Below, one piece after another: positions 10,332-22,190 of a DNA stretch of 64,000 bases; position 1 is the stretch's first letter, and every line of letters starts with the position of its first letter. The translations under genes and the position numbers were made by a program. The stretch is taken from positions 5,210 to 69,209 of the forward strand of contig JACQSX010000029.1 in NCBI GenBank assembly GCA_016211105.1. Direction: 5' to 3'. Source of the DNA: Acidobacteriota bacterium (GTDB taxonomy: Bacteria > Acidobacteriota > UBA6911 > JACQSX01). The notes beneath the pieces are model-generated. The model saw nothing but the letters and a program-made list of their open reading frames with translations, searched no databases and had not been told where the DNA came from.

Positions 10332-10395
10332 TAGGGACAGCCACTGCCAGCCCCACTCCGGCGGGCTGGCTGCTAAAGCAGTCTCCCGGTCCCTA
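10332..10395. terminator. Nested hairpin between convergent MFS and metH (bidirectional terminator or REP-like element)
   Basis: Outer TAGGGAC...GTCCCTA and inner GCCAGCCC...GGGCTGGC inverted repeats. Confidence 0.5.
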
Positions 10396-10417
10396 ACTTT
10401 TACACGTAACGGTCTGG

Positions 10418-13400
10418 CTAACCGGAGACCTCGATCAAGGGCGAGGCTCTATCGGGATCATAATTCAGATTGGGACCCAGCCACTTTTCTACCACGGCCA
10501 CCTCCATTCTCTTTCGCGCCGCATAGTCGACAACCTGATCCCGGCCGATGGCGCCCACGGCAAAATACTTCGCCTCAGGATGACTGAAATATAGCCCACT
10601 CACCGAACTGGCCGGCACCATGGCGAAATTTTCCGTCAGTTGTACGCCGATATTCTTCTCCACCCGCAACAGGTCAAAAAGCGGACGCTTCTCCGTATGG
10701 TCGGGACACGCTGGATAGCCGGGAGCGGGGCGGATACCCCGGTACTTTTCCTGTATGTAATCTTCGACGCTCAACTGCTCCGCTTTTCCATAGTCCCAAT
10801 CGTCACGAGCCTTCTTATGCAGCCACTCAGCGGTTGCTTCGGCGCAGCGATCTGCCAAGGCCTTCGTCATGATCGCGCCATAATCATCGTGCTGTTGCTG
10901 GAAATCCGCCACCAGTTCGTCAACGCCAATCCCTGCCGTCACCGCGAAAGCGCCTAGATAATCTGCGTTACCAGAATATTTGGGCGCGACAAAATCAGCG
11001 AGGGCATAGTTAAACTGATCTTTCGGCTTCTCCACCTGCTGCCGCAGCGTGTGAAAGGTGGTCACGACCTGCTGCCGGGTCTCATCGCCGTAGATTTCTA
11101 TGTCATCGCCGGCGCTGTTGGCGAGGAAAAATCCATACACTGCCTTGGCGGCAAGCAATCGGTGGCGGACGATGCGTTGCAGGAGTCGCTGCGCATCCTC
11201 GTACAACTCCTTGGCCTTGTCCCCGGCGAGAGGATCCTTAAAGATGGTCGGATAGCGGCCGCGAAGCTCCCAGGCATGGAAAAAGGGAGACCAGTCAATG
11301 AACGTGACAATTTCCTCCCAGGGACAGGGATCGATCACCCGCACCCCTAAGAAGGCGGGCTTGGGAGGAGAGGCGGCCGCCCAGTCGATCCGCTTGTGAC
11401 GCGCGCGCGCTTCAGCCAAGCTTAACAGTCGCTTCGCCAATTTTTTCTCCTCCTGAGCTATACGCGCACGCCCCTGTTCTTCCTGATTTTTTCTGACAAA
11501 CTCCCCCTTCATTCCTGCACTGAGAAGTTGCCCGACAACGCCTACGCAGCGAGAAGCATCCAGCACATGCACGGTTGGAGCATGATAATGGGGCGCGATC
11601 TTTACTGCCGTATGAGCCTTGCTTGTGGTAGCGCCCCCAATCAACAGCGGGACCTGGAATCCTTCGCGCTCCATCTCCTTGGCCACATGGACCATCTCGT
11701 CCAACGAAGGAGTGATCAGACCGCTCAGGCCGATGACATTCACTTGCTCCTCCCGCGCCACCTGAAGGATCTTTTCGCAGGAGACCATCACACCAAGATC
11801 AATCACTTCATAGTTGTTGCAGCCCAGGACGACACTCACGATGTTCTTGCCAATATCATGAACATCACCTTTGACCGTGGCCAGCAGCACCTTGCCCTGG
11901 GTTTGGCTGCCGCGGCCACCCTTTTTTTTCTCTTCCTCCATAAAAGGGAGAAGATAGGCGACGGCCTTCTTCATCACACGCGCGCTTTTCACCACTTGGG
12001 GCAAGAACATTTTCCCGGAACCGAAGAGGTCTCCCACAATACTCATTCCGGCCATCAATGGTCCCTCAATCACAGCCAAAGGCGTGCCATATTTCCGACG
12101 AGCCTCTTCCGTATCAACGTCGATGTAATCAATGATTCCCTTAATCAGGGCATGGGACAACCTCTCCTCCGCGGAACCTTTCCGCCAAACATCCTCTTTA
12201 ACCTGAGCTTCACCTGCCCTCCTGAAAGTTTCCGCAAATTCGATTAACCGCTCTGTAGCGTCGGGCCGCCGATTCAACAAGACATCTTCGACCCTCTCTT
12301 TCAGCCCGCGATCGATTTCCTCGTATACCTCCAGTTGTCCGGCATTGACGATCCCCATGTCAAGACCGGCCCGAATCGCATGGTACAGGAAAATCGAGTG
12401 CATGGCTTCCCGCACTGCGTTGTTGCCACGGAAGGAGAATGAGATATTGCTGATCCCGCCGCTCACCCGACAATGTGGCATGGTGGCTTTAATCTGATGC
12501 ACAGCTTCAATGAAATTGACCGCATAATGGTTGTGTTCCTCAATGCCGGTGGCTACGGTCAGCACATTCGGATCAAAAATAATGTCGCTACCGTGAATCC
12601 CTAGCTCTTCGGTCAAAATCCGATAAGCGCGCGCGCACACCTCGACTTTGCGTTTCAGGGTATCCGCTTGGCCTTTTTCATCAAAGGCCATCACGAGAAC
12701 CGCGGCTCCGTAGCGGCGCGCCTTCCTGGCCTGCCGTTTAAAGATTTCTTCTCCTTCCTTCAAGCTAATGGAATTGACAATCGCCTTCCCCTGGACGCAC
12801 TTCAAGCCCGCTTCGATCACCGGCCATTTCGAGCTGTCAATCATGATTGGGACTCTCGCGATATCGGGTTCAGCCGCAATCAGGTTCAAAAAATGAATCA
12901 TGGCCTTTTCGCCATCCAACATCGCCTCGTCCATGTTGACGTCCAGGATATTGGCTCCGCCTTCAACCTGGTGACGCGCAATGGCCAGCGCATCCTCATA
13001 GCTGCCTTGCAAGATCAGCTTTGCGAACCTTGGCGACCCGGTGATGTTGGTGCGCTCGCCAATCATGACAAACCCCATCTCCGGACGCAGGACGAGCGCC
13101 TCCAGTCCGCTGTAACGGGATACAGCTTCAATGCGACGCGGCACGCGAGGAGGAATGCCCTCAACTGCCCGCGCAATTGCGTGAATGTGGTCGGGGGTAG
13201 TTCCACAGCATCCTCCGACAATATTCAACCAACCGTTCTGAGCGAACTCCTTCAGCACTGCCGCCATCTCCTGTGGAGACTGCTCATACTGCCCGAAGGC
13301 GTTGGGCAAGCCAGCGTTGGGATAACAACTGACGAAACAGGGACAAAGAGACGAGAGCTCCTCGATGTGAGGGCGCATGTCCTTCGCTCCCAGGGCACAG

Positions 13401-14131
13401 TTGATCCCCACGCTAAAAGGATTGGCATGCGCCACCGAAACCCAAAAGGCTTCCAGGGTCTGTCCGGACAAGGTGCGCCCTGATTGATCGGTTATAGTGA
13501 CGGAGATCATCACAGGAACACGCCGGCCTGACTTCTCAAACTGCTCTTCAATGGCAAACAACGCGGCCTTCAGGTTGAGGGTATCGAACGTTGTCTCCGG
13601 GAGGAGCAAATCGACGCCTCCGTCGATAAGTCCACTCACCTGCTCGCTGTAAGCTGCCACGAGCTGGTCAAAGGTGACTGCCCGGTAGGCAGAATTGTTG
13701 ACATCGGGAGACATCGAGGCGGTACGATTCGTGGGCCCGATGGATCCGGCCACCCATAGATCTCGTCCCGGATTTTTCGCCTGGAAGGTCGCTACTGCTT
13801 GCCGCCCCGCTCGCGCTCCTGCAAGATTCAATTCATAGGCCAACCCCCCCATCTTGTAGTCAGCGAGCGAAATCGCGTTAGAATTGAAGGTATTGGTTTC
13901 GATGATATCCGCCCCTGCTTCCAGGAAACGCTGATGGATCGAGACAATGATCTCCGGCTGCGTGACAGAAAGCAGATCGTTATTTCCTTTCAAATCACCG
14001 GGATGATTCTTGAACTGCTCGCCCCGATAGTCGCCCTCGGCGAGATGGAAGCTCTGGATCATCGTCCCCATAGCTCCGTCGATGATCACAATGCGCTCTC
14101 GTAACAAGTCGGCGAGTGGTTTTTGACTCAT
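10418..14131 (-). CDS. metH: B12-dependent methionine synthase
   Basis: [29 protein letters not shown] (cobalamin-binding) and [12 protein letters not shown] motifs; 1237 aa full length. Confidence 0.98.
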   Translation of the reverse strand: MSQKPLADLLRERIVIIDGAMGTMIQSFHLAEGDYRGEQFKNHPGDLKGNNDLLSVTQPEIIVSIHQRFLEAGADIIETNTFNSNAISLADYKMGGLAYELNLAGARAGRQAVATFQAKNPGRDLWVAGSIGPTNRTASMSPDVNNSAYRAVTFDQLVAAYSEQVSGLIDGGVDLLLPETTFDTLNLKAALFAIEEQFEKSGRRVPVMISVTITDQSGRTLSGQTLEAFWVSVAHANPFSVGINCALGAKDMRPHIEELSSLCPCFVSCYPNAGLPNAFGQYEQSPQEMAAVLKEFAQNGWLNIVGGCCGTTPDHIHAIARAVEGIPPRVPRRIEAVSRYSGLEALVLRPEMGFVMIGERTNITGSPRFAKLILQGSYEDALAIARHQVEGGANILDVNMDEAMLDGEKAMIHFLNLIAAEPDIARVPIMIDSSKWPVIEAGLKCVQGKAIVNSISLKEGEEIFKRQARKARRYGAAVLVMAFDEKGQADTLKRKVEVCARAYRILTEELGIHGSDIIFDPNVLTVATGIEEHNHYAVNFIEAVHQIKATMPHCRVSGGISNISFSFRGNNAVREAMHSIFLYHAIRAGLDMGIVNAGQLEVYEEIDRGLKERVEDVLLNRRPDATERLIEFAETFRRAGEAQVKEDVWRKGSAEERLSHALIKGIIDYIDVDTEEARRKYGTPLAVIEGPLMAGMSIVGDLFGSGKMFLPQVVKSARVMKKAVAYLLPFMEEEKKKGGRGSQTQGKVLLATVKGDVHDIGKNIVSVVLGCNNYEVIDLGVMVSCEKILQVAREEQVNVIGLSGLITPSLDEMVHVAKEMEREGFQVPLLIGGATTSKAHTAVKIAPHYHAPTVHVLDASRCVGVVGQLLSAGMKGEFVRKNQEEQGRARIAQEEKKLAKRLLSLAEARARHKRIDWAAASPPKPAFLGVRVIDPCPWEEIVTFIDWSPFFHAWELRGRYPTIFKDPLAGDKAKELYEDAQRLLQRIVRHRLLAAKAVYGFFLANSAGDDIEIYGDETRQQVVTTFHTLRQQVEKPKDQFNYALADFVAPKYSGNADYLGAFAVTAGIGVDELVADFQQQHDDYGAIMTKALADRCAEATAEWLHKKARDDWDYGKAEQLSVEDYIQEKYRGIRPAPGYPACPDHTEKRPLFDLLRVEKNIGVQLTENFAMVPASSVSGLYFSHPEAKYFAVGAIGRDQVVDYAARKRMEVAVVEKWLGPNLNYDPDRASPLIEVSG

Positions 14132-14501
14132 ATGTCGGCGCCAGCTCTCAGCAGTCAGCAGTTATTTGTTCGGTCGGCTTGAGCAACGCTCCAGCCTCCC
14201 GATGATTTAATTCCAACTCCAATTCCAGAGCCGTGAATCGGGCCTGTCAGATACCTGGCCAAACTCGATCATTGTAGCGGGTTGCCTGTCGAAAGTCGAA
14301 AATTACACCGCTACGACGGCCGCGACCCATGAGAGCCGAAGAAAGAACGGCGCATTTCTATAGGTTCGCAAGTCGAGTTAGACAGCGCGCCGGTCTACAA
14401 CCGCAAAATCAAAAGCGCTGGCAAATTGTCTTTTCAGCTTCCGTTTCTCTTTTCTTCTGCAACGCTGTGCTAGAATCGTCCATCATAGCTAAAGGGCTGC
14501 A

Positions 14502-15561
14502 GATGATGAAAAAGAAGCCAAAGCTTGTCTCAGTAATCGTGGCGTTCAGCTTGGTTATGCTCGCAGCCCAAACCGGCCTTAGCCAGAGTTCGAAGACGGG
14601 CGTACCATCCCAAGAGGAACCGAAGAAGCAAGAGCCAAAAGATCTGAAAGAAAAGCAGGAAGCCCCGCGCGGAAGGACAGCAATCCGGGTCAATGTCGAG
14701 CAAGTGAGTGTCGATGTCACTGTAACGGACAAGAACGGAAATCTTATCCAGGGACTCACCGCGGACAACTTCAAGATCTATGAGGACAAGGTGGAGCAGA
14801 AGATCGTCAATTTTACTCCGGTAGATGCCCCGATGACGGTGGTATTGCTTGTCGAATACAACAAAGTCATCTGGTATGCGCTGTACGAAGTGCTGGTTGC
14901 AACTTACACGTTTGTAGATCAGGTCAGACCCGAAGATTGGGTGGCCATCGTAGCATATGACATTAAACCCGAAATTCTCACCGATTTTACGCAGAACAAA
15001 GGGGAAGTGTATAACGCCCTCCGCAGGCTAAATTATCCCGCATGGAGCGAAGCGAATTTCTATGACGCCACGATCGACGTGCTCGACCGCGTACGTGAAA
15101 TTGACGGGAAGGTCGCGGTTGTAATGCTCACTTCCGGACGTGACACCTTTAGCAAAGCGACCTTGGATAGAGCGCTTCGGGCCGCGAAAAACACGGGCGC
15201 TATCATCTATCCGATCAGCGTCGGAGGCGGAGTCCGAACGCGCTATGAAGGCGAAATGTCCGACACTGCGAGGATGGATTTCTATCAAGCCGATGCCGTG
15301 CTCAAGGAATTTGCCAAGTCAACAGGAGGGGAGGCTTATTTCCCGCGATTTGAGCAAGAATACCCCGGCATTTTTAGGGACATTTCCAATATGCTGCGCA
15401 ACCAATATCGAATCTCTTATGTTCCCAGCAACACAGCCAAGGACGGAAAATTCCGAAGAATCAAAGTGGAAGTGAAGACTAACATTATGAGGGATGGCAA
15501 GCCGCTCGAGCTCAGAGCACGCTACAGAGAAGGATATTATGGGGAGAAAACTTCTAACTAG
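14502..15561 (+). CDS. Exported VWA-domain protein (acidobacterial VWFA-related type)
   Basis: Signal peptide MKKKPKLVSVIVAFSLVMLAAQ. Contains IRVNVEQVSVDVTVTDKNG, GLTADNFKIYED, STGGEAYF and DGKFRRIKV. The start is probably MMKK rather than 14329. Confidence 0.85.
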
Positions 15562-15586
15562 CGGGTCACTTTGCCATTGCAAGGTT

Positions 15587-16267
15587 TCATTGTTCACATT
15601 CTGAATACCTGAGCTGGGTGCGAATTCTCTCCAACTGGACCATCGCGTTGCGCACCACCGTGCAGTATTGATGCGTCTCATCCAACAGCTTCTTCATCTG
15701 TTCCCCAGTCGATTCCCCCGCCAGCAGATAGCTTAACCCCAGTATTGCGGTAAGGTAATTCTTTATATCCAATTCGAGAAACGTGAGATTCAGTGCGATC
15801 AACTGGACCCTTGTTCGGGACATGACTCCGCGCAACTGCGGAGACATCGATTTTTCGATCATATTGTAGAGGTTGACCAAACTAGCCGACATCATCGCCG
15901 CAATGTTCTTGATCTCCAACGACTGGGGAAATTCCACACTTTCCATGATTAATGCCATCAGCTCTACCTGAATCCGCGAAATATCCCAGCTAATCCGATA
16001 AGCCTCGTCCAGGCCTAGCTCGGCGCGGCGCGCCTGGCAATCCAGCTCTTGAATCGCATTTGATAGCGACTCTAGCTCGATCCTGTCTCTCTCCCATTCA
16101 GAGTTCTCGCCGAGTCGCTTTAATGCTTCACACTCAAATTGCTCCCCTCTTGCCAGTTCATACCATGTCTCCCGTCCCTTTGGAAATTCCGAAAAGCGGT
16201 CGCAGAGGTGAGAATACACAGCGGCAATCCTCTGCTTTAATTCGATAATTGCGTTGGAACTTTCCAA
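15587..16267 (-). CDS. Hypothetical protein: ferritin/rubrerythrin-like N-terminus plus HisKA-like C-terminal helices
   Basis: 226-aa helical ORF 65 bp downstream of tpx. IAAVYSHL..RF...W.ELARGE resembles rubrerythrin helices; DIKNYLTAILGLSYLL resembles an H-box. Confidence 0.6.
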   Translation of the reverse strand: MESSNAIIELKQRIAAVYSHLCDRFSEFPKGRETWYELARGEQFECEALKRLGENSEWERDRIELESLSNAIQELDCQARRAELGLDEAYRISWDISRIQVELMALIMESVEFPQSLEIKNIAAMMSASLVNLYNMIEKSMSPQLRGVMSRTRVQLIALNLTFLELDIKNYLTAILGLSYLLAGESTGEQMKKLLDETHQYCTVVRNAMVQLERIRTQLRYSECEQ

Positions 16268-16332
16268 GCAAACCTCGTCACAAATTGGGACCGCGACGCA
16301 CCAATGACTTGTATTGTACCGGCTATTTCCCT

Positions 16333-16833
16333 CTACCGGATCGCCGCTAAGGCAGCATCATAATCGGGTTCGTCTGCGATTTCCTTCACCAGTTGCGCGT
16401 GGATTACCTTATCGCTTTCGTTCAGGACCACCACAGCACGCGCCGCAATGCCGGCCAACGGACCGTCTTCGATCAGCACTCCGTAATCTTTGGCAAAATC
16501 ACGCGAACGCATCATCGAAAGTGGAATGACATTCTTCAACCCTTCTATAGAGCAAAAGCGCCCCTGCGCAAATGGCAGGTCGGCAGAAACAACTAGTACG
16601 ACTGCGTTATTGAGCTGTGCAGCCCGCTCGTTGAACTTCCGAGCTGACGTAGCGCAGGTTGGGGTGTCCAGGCTGGGCACGATGTTCAGGATTTTTTTCT
16701 TGCCTTTGAATGTGTTTAAATTCACATCGTTCAGTTTGCCATCTACAAGGCGGAAATCTGGGGCTTGATTGTCTACCTTCGGTAATTCGCCGTTGGTATG
16801 AATGGGGTTACCTTTCAGAGTAACAGTTGCCAT
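16333..16833 (-). CDS. tpx: Thiol peroxidase (atypical 2-Cys peroxiredoxin)
   Basis: VPSLDTPTC and [12 protein letters not shown] motifs. Confidence 0.97.
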   Translation of the reverse strand: MATVTLKGNPIHTNGELPKVDNQAPDFRLVDGKLNDVNLNTFKGKKKILNIVPSLDTPTCATSARKFNERAAQLNNAVVLVVSADLPFAQGRFCSIEGLKNVIPLSMMRSRDFAKDYGVLIEDGPLAGIAARAVVVLNESDKVIHAQLVKEIADEPDYDAALAAIR

Positions 16834-17001
16834 GGTTTCTCCTATTCCCTTCTAACGGTGACGATTTTATAAGATGGCGAAGACTTTTCACAGCAAAAGA
16901 GGCCGTTTACCTTCAATTTCTCAACTGCTGACGTCCCATTCTTCGGACCTTGGTTTCCCACCCAGTCCCGCGCGGAATCCTATGATAGACTACGCAGGTA
17001 C

Positions 17002-17475
17002 ATGACCTTTCAGTCACTGCTGCTTTGGTTTCTAAGTATTGTCGGGCTGTTTTGTGCCCTACAGGCAATCGTAATTCTTACCTTCGCCATCAAACTCTCC
17101 AAGAGGATCGACGCCATCACGAATCGTATGGAATTGCTGCAACAAAGAGTTGTTAAGACAAGCGAAACGATCTCGAGACTGCTTGAAGTCCTGCGACCCT
17201 TCGTACGGTCCGCGCAGGAGATCGAAGAGCGCTCCAGCCGCGTGTTAAACCAATGGCTCGTCTGCGTTAGAAAAACGGGAGTACAGATCGATGATAGCTT
17301 GCGGTTGGGACGCGGGAAGCTGCGCCAGTTCAACGCCGAGGTTGACGCCATCTTCCGTCGTATGCAATCCACCAGCGCGCAAGTCCAGGGCGCAATCCTA
17401 GGCCCAGCCGCGGAGATCGCCGCCGTTATTCGAGGAGCTCGGAGAGCATGGCAACGTTATACAAAGAAGCGATGA
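17002..17475 (+). CDS. Hypothetical membrane-anchored coiled-coil protein (DUF948-like)
   Basis: N-terminal TM segment followed by amphipathic helices; fills the tpx-secG gap. Confidence 0.65.
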   Translation: MTFQSLLLWFLSIVGLFCALQAIVILTFAIKLSKRIDAITNRMELLQQRVVKTSETISRLLEVLRPFVRSAQEIEERSSRVLNQWLVCVRKTGVQIDDSLRLGRGKLRQFNAEVDAIFRRMQSTSAQVQGAILGPAAEIAAVIRGARRAWQRYTKKR

Positions 17476-17499
17476 TCAAAGGCAGCCTCGGGCACCGCC

Positions 17500-17850
17500 T
17501 TATTTCTTGGTTGGCTGCGGCTGTCCGGGCTGTGCTTGTTGCTGGCCGGGCCCCTGCGACTGAGGCGCCGCAGGCTGCGCGGACGGATAGCGAACACGCT
17601 CCACCACACTGGATGCCTGCCGGTTATAGAGAATGGCGAGAGCAAGCGACGTAATCATAAAAATGACGGCGCAGGCAGTAGTCAGCTTGCTTAGAAACGT
17701 AGCCGCGCCGCGTGCTCCAAACGCGGTTTGGCTTCCACCCCCGCCAAACGCTCCCGCAAGATCGGCGCCCTTTCCTGACTGCAGTAACACCACGGCGATC
17801 AATATCAGGGACACGAACAGATGCAATGCCAAAATAAGGTAAAAAGCCAT
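17500..17850 (-). CDS. secG: Preprotein translocase subunit SecG
   Basis: VLLQSGKGADLAGAFGGGGSQTAFG and FLSKLT motifs; located downstream of tpiA. Confidence 0.97.
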   Translation of the reverse strand: MAFYLILALHLFVSLILIAVVLLQSGKGADLAGAFGGGGSQTAFGARGAATFLSKLTTACAVIFMITSLALAILYNRQASSVVERVRYPSAQPAAPQSQGPGQQQAQPGQPQPTKK

Positions 17851-18036
17851 TTAAAACATCTCCTTCAACATCATACCATGCCAAGCGTCGCCAGGGTTCT
17901 TCGTTGACTTCACTCCAGTGGAGGCCGGAGGGCATCGGTATCCCTCCGCTGCTCCTCAGGCTGACGGGAATTGCGGCCGATTTCGGGCGTCGCGCATCCG
18001 CCCACTTCCCGGCATCGCTCCTTCTCACCGCTTGCC

Positions 18037-18795
18037 CTAGACCTGATAGTTCACAATCCGCGCAAAATCCTGTGCCTTTAGACTCGCGCCGCCCACCAGC
18101 GCCCCGTCAATATCTGGCTGGGTCATCAGAGCGTCTACATTATCTGGCTTCACACTCCCCCCATAGAGGATGCGTAAACGATCCGCGCTTTGCATACCAC
18201 ATCGTTCACAAATATATTCTCTTATGAACCGATGCACTTGCTGAGCGGTCTCGGGAGTCGCGGTCTTACCTGTCCCAATCGCCCAGACGGGCTCATAAGC
18301 GACAACGATACGGGAGAGCTGTGAGGGAGTCAAGGAACCCAAGGCTCCATCTAACTGTTGTCGAATGACCGCCTCCGTAGAACCGGACTCCCTTTCTTGC
18401 AGAGTCTCGCCCACGCAAAAGACCGGATCTAGATTCGCCCTCAAGGCAGCACGCAGCTTGCTCCCTAGAAACTGATCGCTCTCATGAAAATACTGGCGCC
18501 GCTCCGAGTGACCGATGATCACGAAAGTACAGCCCACTGAGACCAATATCTCGGCGGAGACTTCGCCGGTAAAAGCTCCTTCCGGCTCGGGATGTAGATT
18601 CTGAGCGCCCACGCGAATGCGACTCCTTCCCAAGTGTTGATGGACTAAAGATATCACTGCAAAGGAAGGAGCAACCCCGACCTCGCGATCTCCTACCACA
18701 CGGATCGTAGTTCGCAACTGATCACACAGTTCCACCGCGGCTGACGCATCCTTATACATTTTCCAGTTACCGATAATAAATGGGATCCGATCCAT
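18037..18795 (-). CDS. tpiA: Triosephosphate isomerase
   Basis: GNWKM, GHSERR, AYEPVWAIGTG and LVGGASL motifs. Confidence 0.99.
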   Translation of the reverse strand: MDRIPFIIGNWKMYKDASAAVELCDQLRTTIRVVGDREVGVAPSFAVISLVHQHLGRSRIRVGAQNLHPEPEGAFTGEVSAEILVSVGCTFVIIGHSERRQYFHESDQFLGSKLRAALRANLDPVFCVGETLQERESGSTEAVIRQQLDGALGSLTPSQLSRIVVAYEPVWAIGTGKTATPETAQQVHRFIREYICERCGMQSADRLRILYGGSVKPDNVDALMTQPDIDGALVGGASLKAQDFARIVNYQV

Positions 18796-18831
18796 ACTCG
18801 CTATGTCCCTCTTTGCTAAGTGAATTTGTTC

Positions 18832-20019
18832 TCATTGAACGGCATCTGTCAATGCTTCGACCCCGGGCAATTTCTTTCCGGCGAGAAATTCCAACGACGC
18901 TCCACCGCCTGTGGAAACGTGATCAATGCGATTTTGCACGCCGGCAATCGACAGCGCTGCTACCGAGTCTCCTCCGCCTACGATGGTAAGCCCCCGAACC
19001 TGCGCCACCGCATGCGCGATCGCCAACGTGCCTCGCGCAAAGGACTCCATTTCAAAGACCCCCATCGGTCCATTCCAAATGACGGTCTTCGAGGCGCGAA
19101 TGACGTCGCAGTATCTTTGTATGGTGATCGGTCCAATGTCCAAACCCATCATGTCGTCAGGAATGCGAGTTTCCACTCTCCACGGGGCATTTACCTTGTG
19201 TTCCGCAGCGACCACATGATCCGCGGGTAACATCAAATGGACCTGGCGAGCCGCGGCCTGCTGTATCAAGTTCTTTGCTCTTGCTACCTTATCTTCCTCT
19301 AACCGTGACTTGCCAATGGGTCGGCTCTCGGCTTCCAAAAAGGTATAGGCCATGGCTCCGCCGACTAGAATGTTCTGTGCGATGTTCAGAAAATTTTCAA
19401 TGACCTCAATCTTCTCATCCACCTTGGCTCCACCCAAGATGACGGTCACCGGTTCCTCAGGGTTCTCCAGCGCACGAGACAGGTAGTCGATTTCTTTTTC
19501 CATCAGGAAACCGGCCGCTCCGGTTCCCAAAACCTTGACGATGCCTACCGTCGACGCGTGGGCCCGATGCGCGGCTCCAAAAGCGTCGTTAGCGTAAAGA
19601 TCAGCTAAGGAGGCCAGTTTTCGAGAGAACGTCTCTTCGTTTTTTTCCTCCTCCGCATGAAAACGGAGATTTTCCAGGAGCACGGTCTGCCCTGGCGGCA
19701 GGTGCCGTACCCGCTGTTCGGCGTCCGCGCCGACACAATCGTCGGCAAACCGAATTTCGGCAAGCGGGAGCAAAGTCCGCAGGTGGCGCGCCACCGGTTG
19801 CAGCGAATACTTCTCGTCCTGCGCCCCTTTTGGGCGCCCCAGATGCGAAGCTAAGATTAGCCGTGCGCCATGCTCCAGAGCGTATTGGATGCTTGGCAGC
19901 GACGCGCGAATGCGGCTATCATCCTGCACCTTTCCATCCTTGAGAGGCACATTAAAATCGACCCTCAAAAACAATCGTTTGTCCTTAAGGTCCAGGTTCC
20001 GTAAGCTCAGCTTTTTCAT
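18832..20019 (-). CDS. pgk: Phosphoglycerate kinase
   Basis: RVDFNVP, SHLGRP, LLENLRF and HVSTGGGASLE motifs. Confidence 0.99.
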   Translation of the reverse strand: MKKLSLRNLDLKDKRLFLRVDFNVPLKDGKVQDDSRIRASLPSIQYALEHGARLILASHLGRPKGAQDEKYSLQPVARHLRTLLPLAEIRFADDCVGADAEQRVRHLPPGQTVLLENLRFHAEEEKNEETFSRKLASLADLYANDAFGAAHRAHASTVGIVKVLGTGAAGFLMEKEIDYLSRALENPEEPVTVILGGAKVDEKIEVIENFLNIAQNILVGGAMAYTFLEAESRPIGKSRLEEDKVARAKNLIQQAAARQVHLMLPADHVVAAEHKVNAPWRVETRIPDDMMGLDIGPITIQRYCDVIRASKTVIWNGPMGVFEMESFARGTLAIAHAVAQVRGLTIVGGGDSVAALSIAGVQNRIDHVSTGGGASLEFLAGKKLPGVEALTDAVQ

Positions 20020-20098
20020 TTGCCAGTTCTTCGCTTACAATGGTGGCCCATTATATATAGAGACCGGCCGAGCGAAACAAAAGTGAGAGAAAAGGTCG

Positions 20099-20830
20099 AT
20101 GCGCTACCTGGTCATTTCCGACATCCACTCTAACTTGGAGGCCCTCCAAGTCGTTCTTCAGTACCACGATTATGACCAGGCTCTAATGCTCGGCGACATC
20201 GTCGGTTACGGGGCAAATCCGGAAGAGGTGGTTCAACTCGTAAGAGAGCTCAGGCCCGTTGCCACAGTGCGTGGCAATCATGACAAGGTTGTGGCCGGGC
20301 TGGAAACGGGAGATGTGTTTGTCTCCCATGCCCTGGCCGCCGCCCTATGGACACGACAACAGTTGAGCGTGGAAAGCCTCCAGTATGTACGCGACCTCCC
20401 TGTGGGACCACGCCAAATCGACGCGCACATTAGCATCGCTCACGGCTCTCCTCGCGACGAAGACGAGTATCTCTTTCCTTATCATCCCAAAATCGCCGTC
20501 TTCGACGCCTTCAGCACGCGCATCTGCTTTTTTGGCCACACTCACATTCCCACCGTTTTTTATCAAACTGGCGAGGCCACCTATTCAGGTCACGTCGAGA
20601 GCCCTCTGAAGCTCACTCTCAACTTGGAATATTCTCGCTATCTGATAAACCCAGGTTCTGTCGGACAACCCCGAGACGGCGATCCTCGAGCGGCCTTCCT
20701 CGTGTTGGACACCAACACCTCCACCGCGGAATTCTTTCGAGTCGACTACGATATCCAAACGGCGCAGCGCAAAATCCGCGAAGCCGGATTGCCGGATTTT
20801 CTTTCCGAGCGGCTGGCAAGAGGAGTGTGA
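20099..20830 (+). CDS. Calcineurin-like metallophosphoesterase (YfcE/MJ0912-like)
   Basis: SDIHSN, GDIVGYG, GNHD, GHTH and NPGSVGQPRDGDPRA motifs. Confidence 0.93.
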   Translation: MRYLVISDIHSNLEALQVVLQYHDYDQALMLGDIVGYGANPEEVVQLVRELRPVATVRGNHDKVVAGLETGDVFVSHALAAALWTRQQLSVESLQYVRDLPVGPRQIDAHISIAHGSPRDEDEYLFPYHPKIAVFDAFSTRICFFGHTHIPTVFYQTGEATYSGHVESPLKLTLNLEYSRYLINPGSVGQPRDGDPRAAFLVLDTNTSTAEFFRVDYDIQTAQRKIREAGLPDFLSERLARGV

Positions 20831-20861
20831 CGATCCAACTGCAATCCACGATCCGCAACCT

Positions 20862-22190
20862 TCAGTTGCCAGCAGCCTCCCGTTCTCCCCGAGTGTCCAA
20901 AACTCGAAGCGCCGCGCGCTTCTCTACCGACAGAATCAGCGTGTCCAAGAATACTAGGAAGCGACCTAGCAACGACATCGACTCGTCGCCTGAGCTCACC
21001 CGCAGACGGTCGATAAAGCTTTCCAACAAGCCCCAATCCTTGAACATCAAGTACCGCATACTGGTTTCGCGGAAGACCCCAAGCGACCGTAGCAACTCAT
21101 CGGCTTCAGGTCGACTTTCCAATGCGAGCGCCACCATCTCGCGAATTGTGCAAAGGTCGTTGTACACGCAAACACTCTCCGTTTCCCGCGAGGCTAGATT
21201 GGAAAAAATTTGATACTCGTCGAAGCCAGGGTTAAACGCCCGGGCAAGCGAAATGAAAACATTTTGATAACAATTCCACAGCACTCCTGCCGCATCCTCG
21301 AGCCGGGCATAAGCGACTTCGATTCTGCCCTCCTTCTCAATCTCCAAAAGCTCCTGTTGAAAAACGCGCCGCATTTCCAGCTTCAGCGCAAACATTAACG
21401 GGGCGATCGCCTCACTGCCACCCGGTGCGAGCAGCTCCCAGCGAGCCAACCACTGCTGCAGCCGCCGTATCAGGATGTTCCCCTGCGTACGTAAATGAAG
21501 AAACAAAGCCAGGAATGCCTTGTAATTAAAGTCGATGCGCAGTCCCTCCGTCACGTAGCGGGCGGTCATAAGAATGCGGCAGATCCGAGCAAACAGTGCC
21601 GTCGTTTCCAAACGCATTTCGGCAGAACCCACCGATAAAAGGAAGCCATGACATGCCGCTTGCTGCCGTGACCGAGAGACTCGTCTCCACAGGAGGTCGC
21701 TAAAGATCCAACTCTTACGAAAGGTAGAAAGTTCACGGTTTAAGATTCGTCCGACGCTTTTGAAAAAGGGAAACGAAATAATTCCCGTGTGCAATTTTTC
21801 ACGCACGATGATCCGAATGTCGTTGACCGCCTCAATCACGAGAATCAACCGCGCACCGATGGCCATTTGCTCTCGAAACGGTGAAAGCACGTGTGTGGAC
21901 TGCGGAGGTGAACCAGCCACATCACAAGCAACTTCTTTGACTTCAGCCTGGTCGTTCGAGATCAATTCGGCTGCCAGTTCCTGGATTCTTCCTAGGATCC
22001 AGTCCGCTGCCCGAAGCTCTTCATAAAAGTTTCTGCCTAAATCGACGATATGGCCCTTAGTCGGCAGGACGTGATAGCGGAAGTACCCATTCAGGCATGC
22101 GATCCACATTTCCATTTCAGAAACGGGATCGAGGCAAAAAATATCTTGCTTAATCATCCGGTCCAAAGAAGAGGGTCCGGAACTCATCAC
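20862..22190 (-). CDS. Hypothetical all-helical protein (about 430 aa)
   Basis: Long ORF overlapping the upstream gene; no recognisable catalytic motif. The start may be MIKQDIF, near 22157. Confidence 0.75.
   Translation of the reverse strand: MMSSGPSSLDRMIKQDIFCLDPVSEMEMWIACLNGYFRYHVLPTKGHIVDLGRNFYEELRAADWILGRIQELAAELISNDQAEVKEVACDVAGSPPQSTHVLSPFREQMAIGARLILVIEAVNDIRIIVREKLHTGIISFPFFKSVGRILNRELSTFRKSWIFSDLLWRRVSRSRQQAACHGFLLSVGSAEMRLETTALFARICRILMTARYVTEGLRIDFNYKAFLALFLHLRTQGNILIRRLQQWLARWELLAPGGSEAIAPLMFALKLEMRRVFQQELLEIEKEGRIEVAYARLEDAAGVLWNCYQNVFISLARAFNPGFDEYQIFSNLASRETESVCVYNDLCTIREMVALALESRPEADELLRSLGVFRETSMRYLMFKDWGLLESFIDRLRVSSGDESMSLLGRFLVFLDTLILSVEKRAALRVLDTRGEREAAGN

Noticed and set aside
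14170-14200. SAH or SAM riboswitch upstream of metH (GGAGCGTTGC on the minus strand)
   Set aside because: The other SAH elements (CCAGGCTC, AACGGCGCTC) are missing; this is only a short hairpin.
17880-18036. Possible ncRNA between tpiA and secG
   Set aside because: Only a short GGAGGG/CCCTCC hairpin; no tRNA, SRP or 6S signature.
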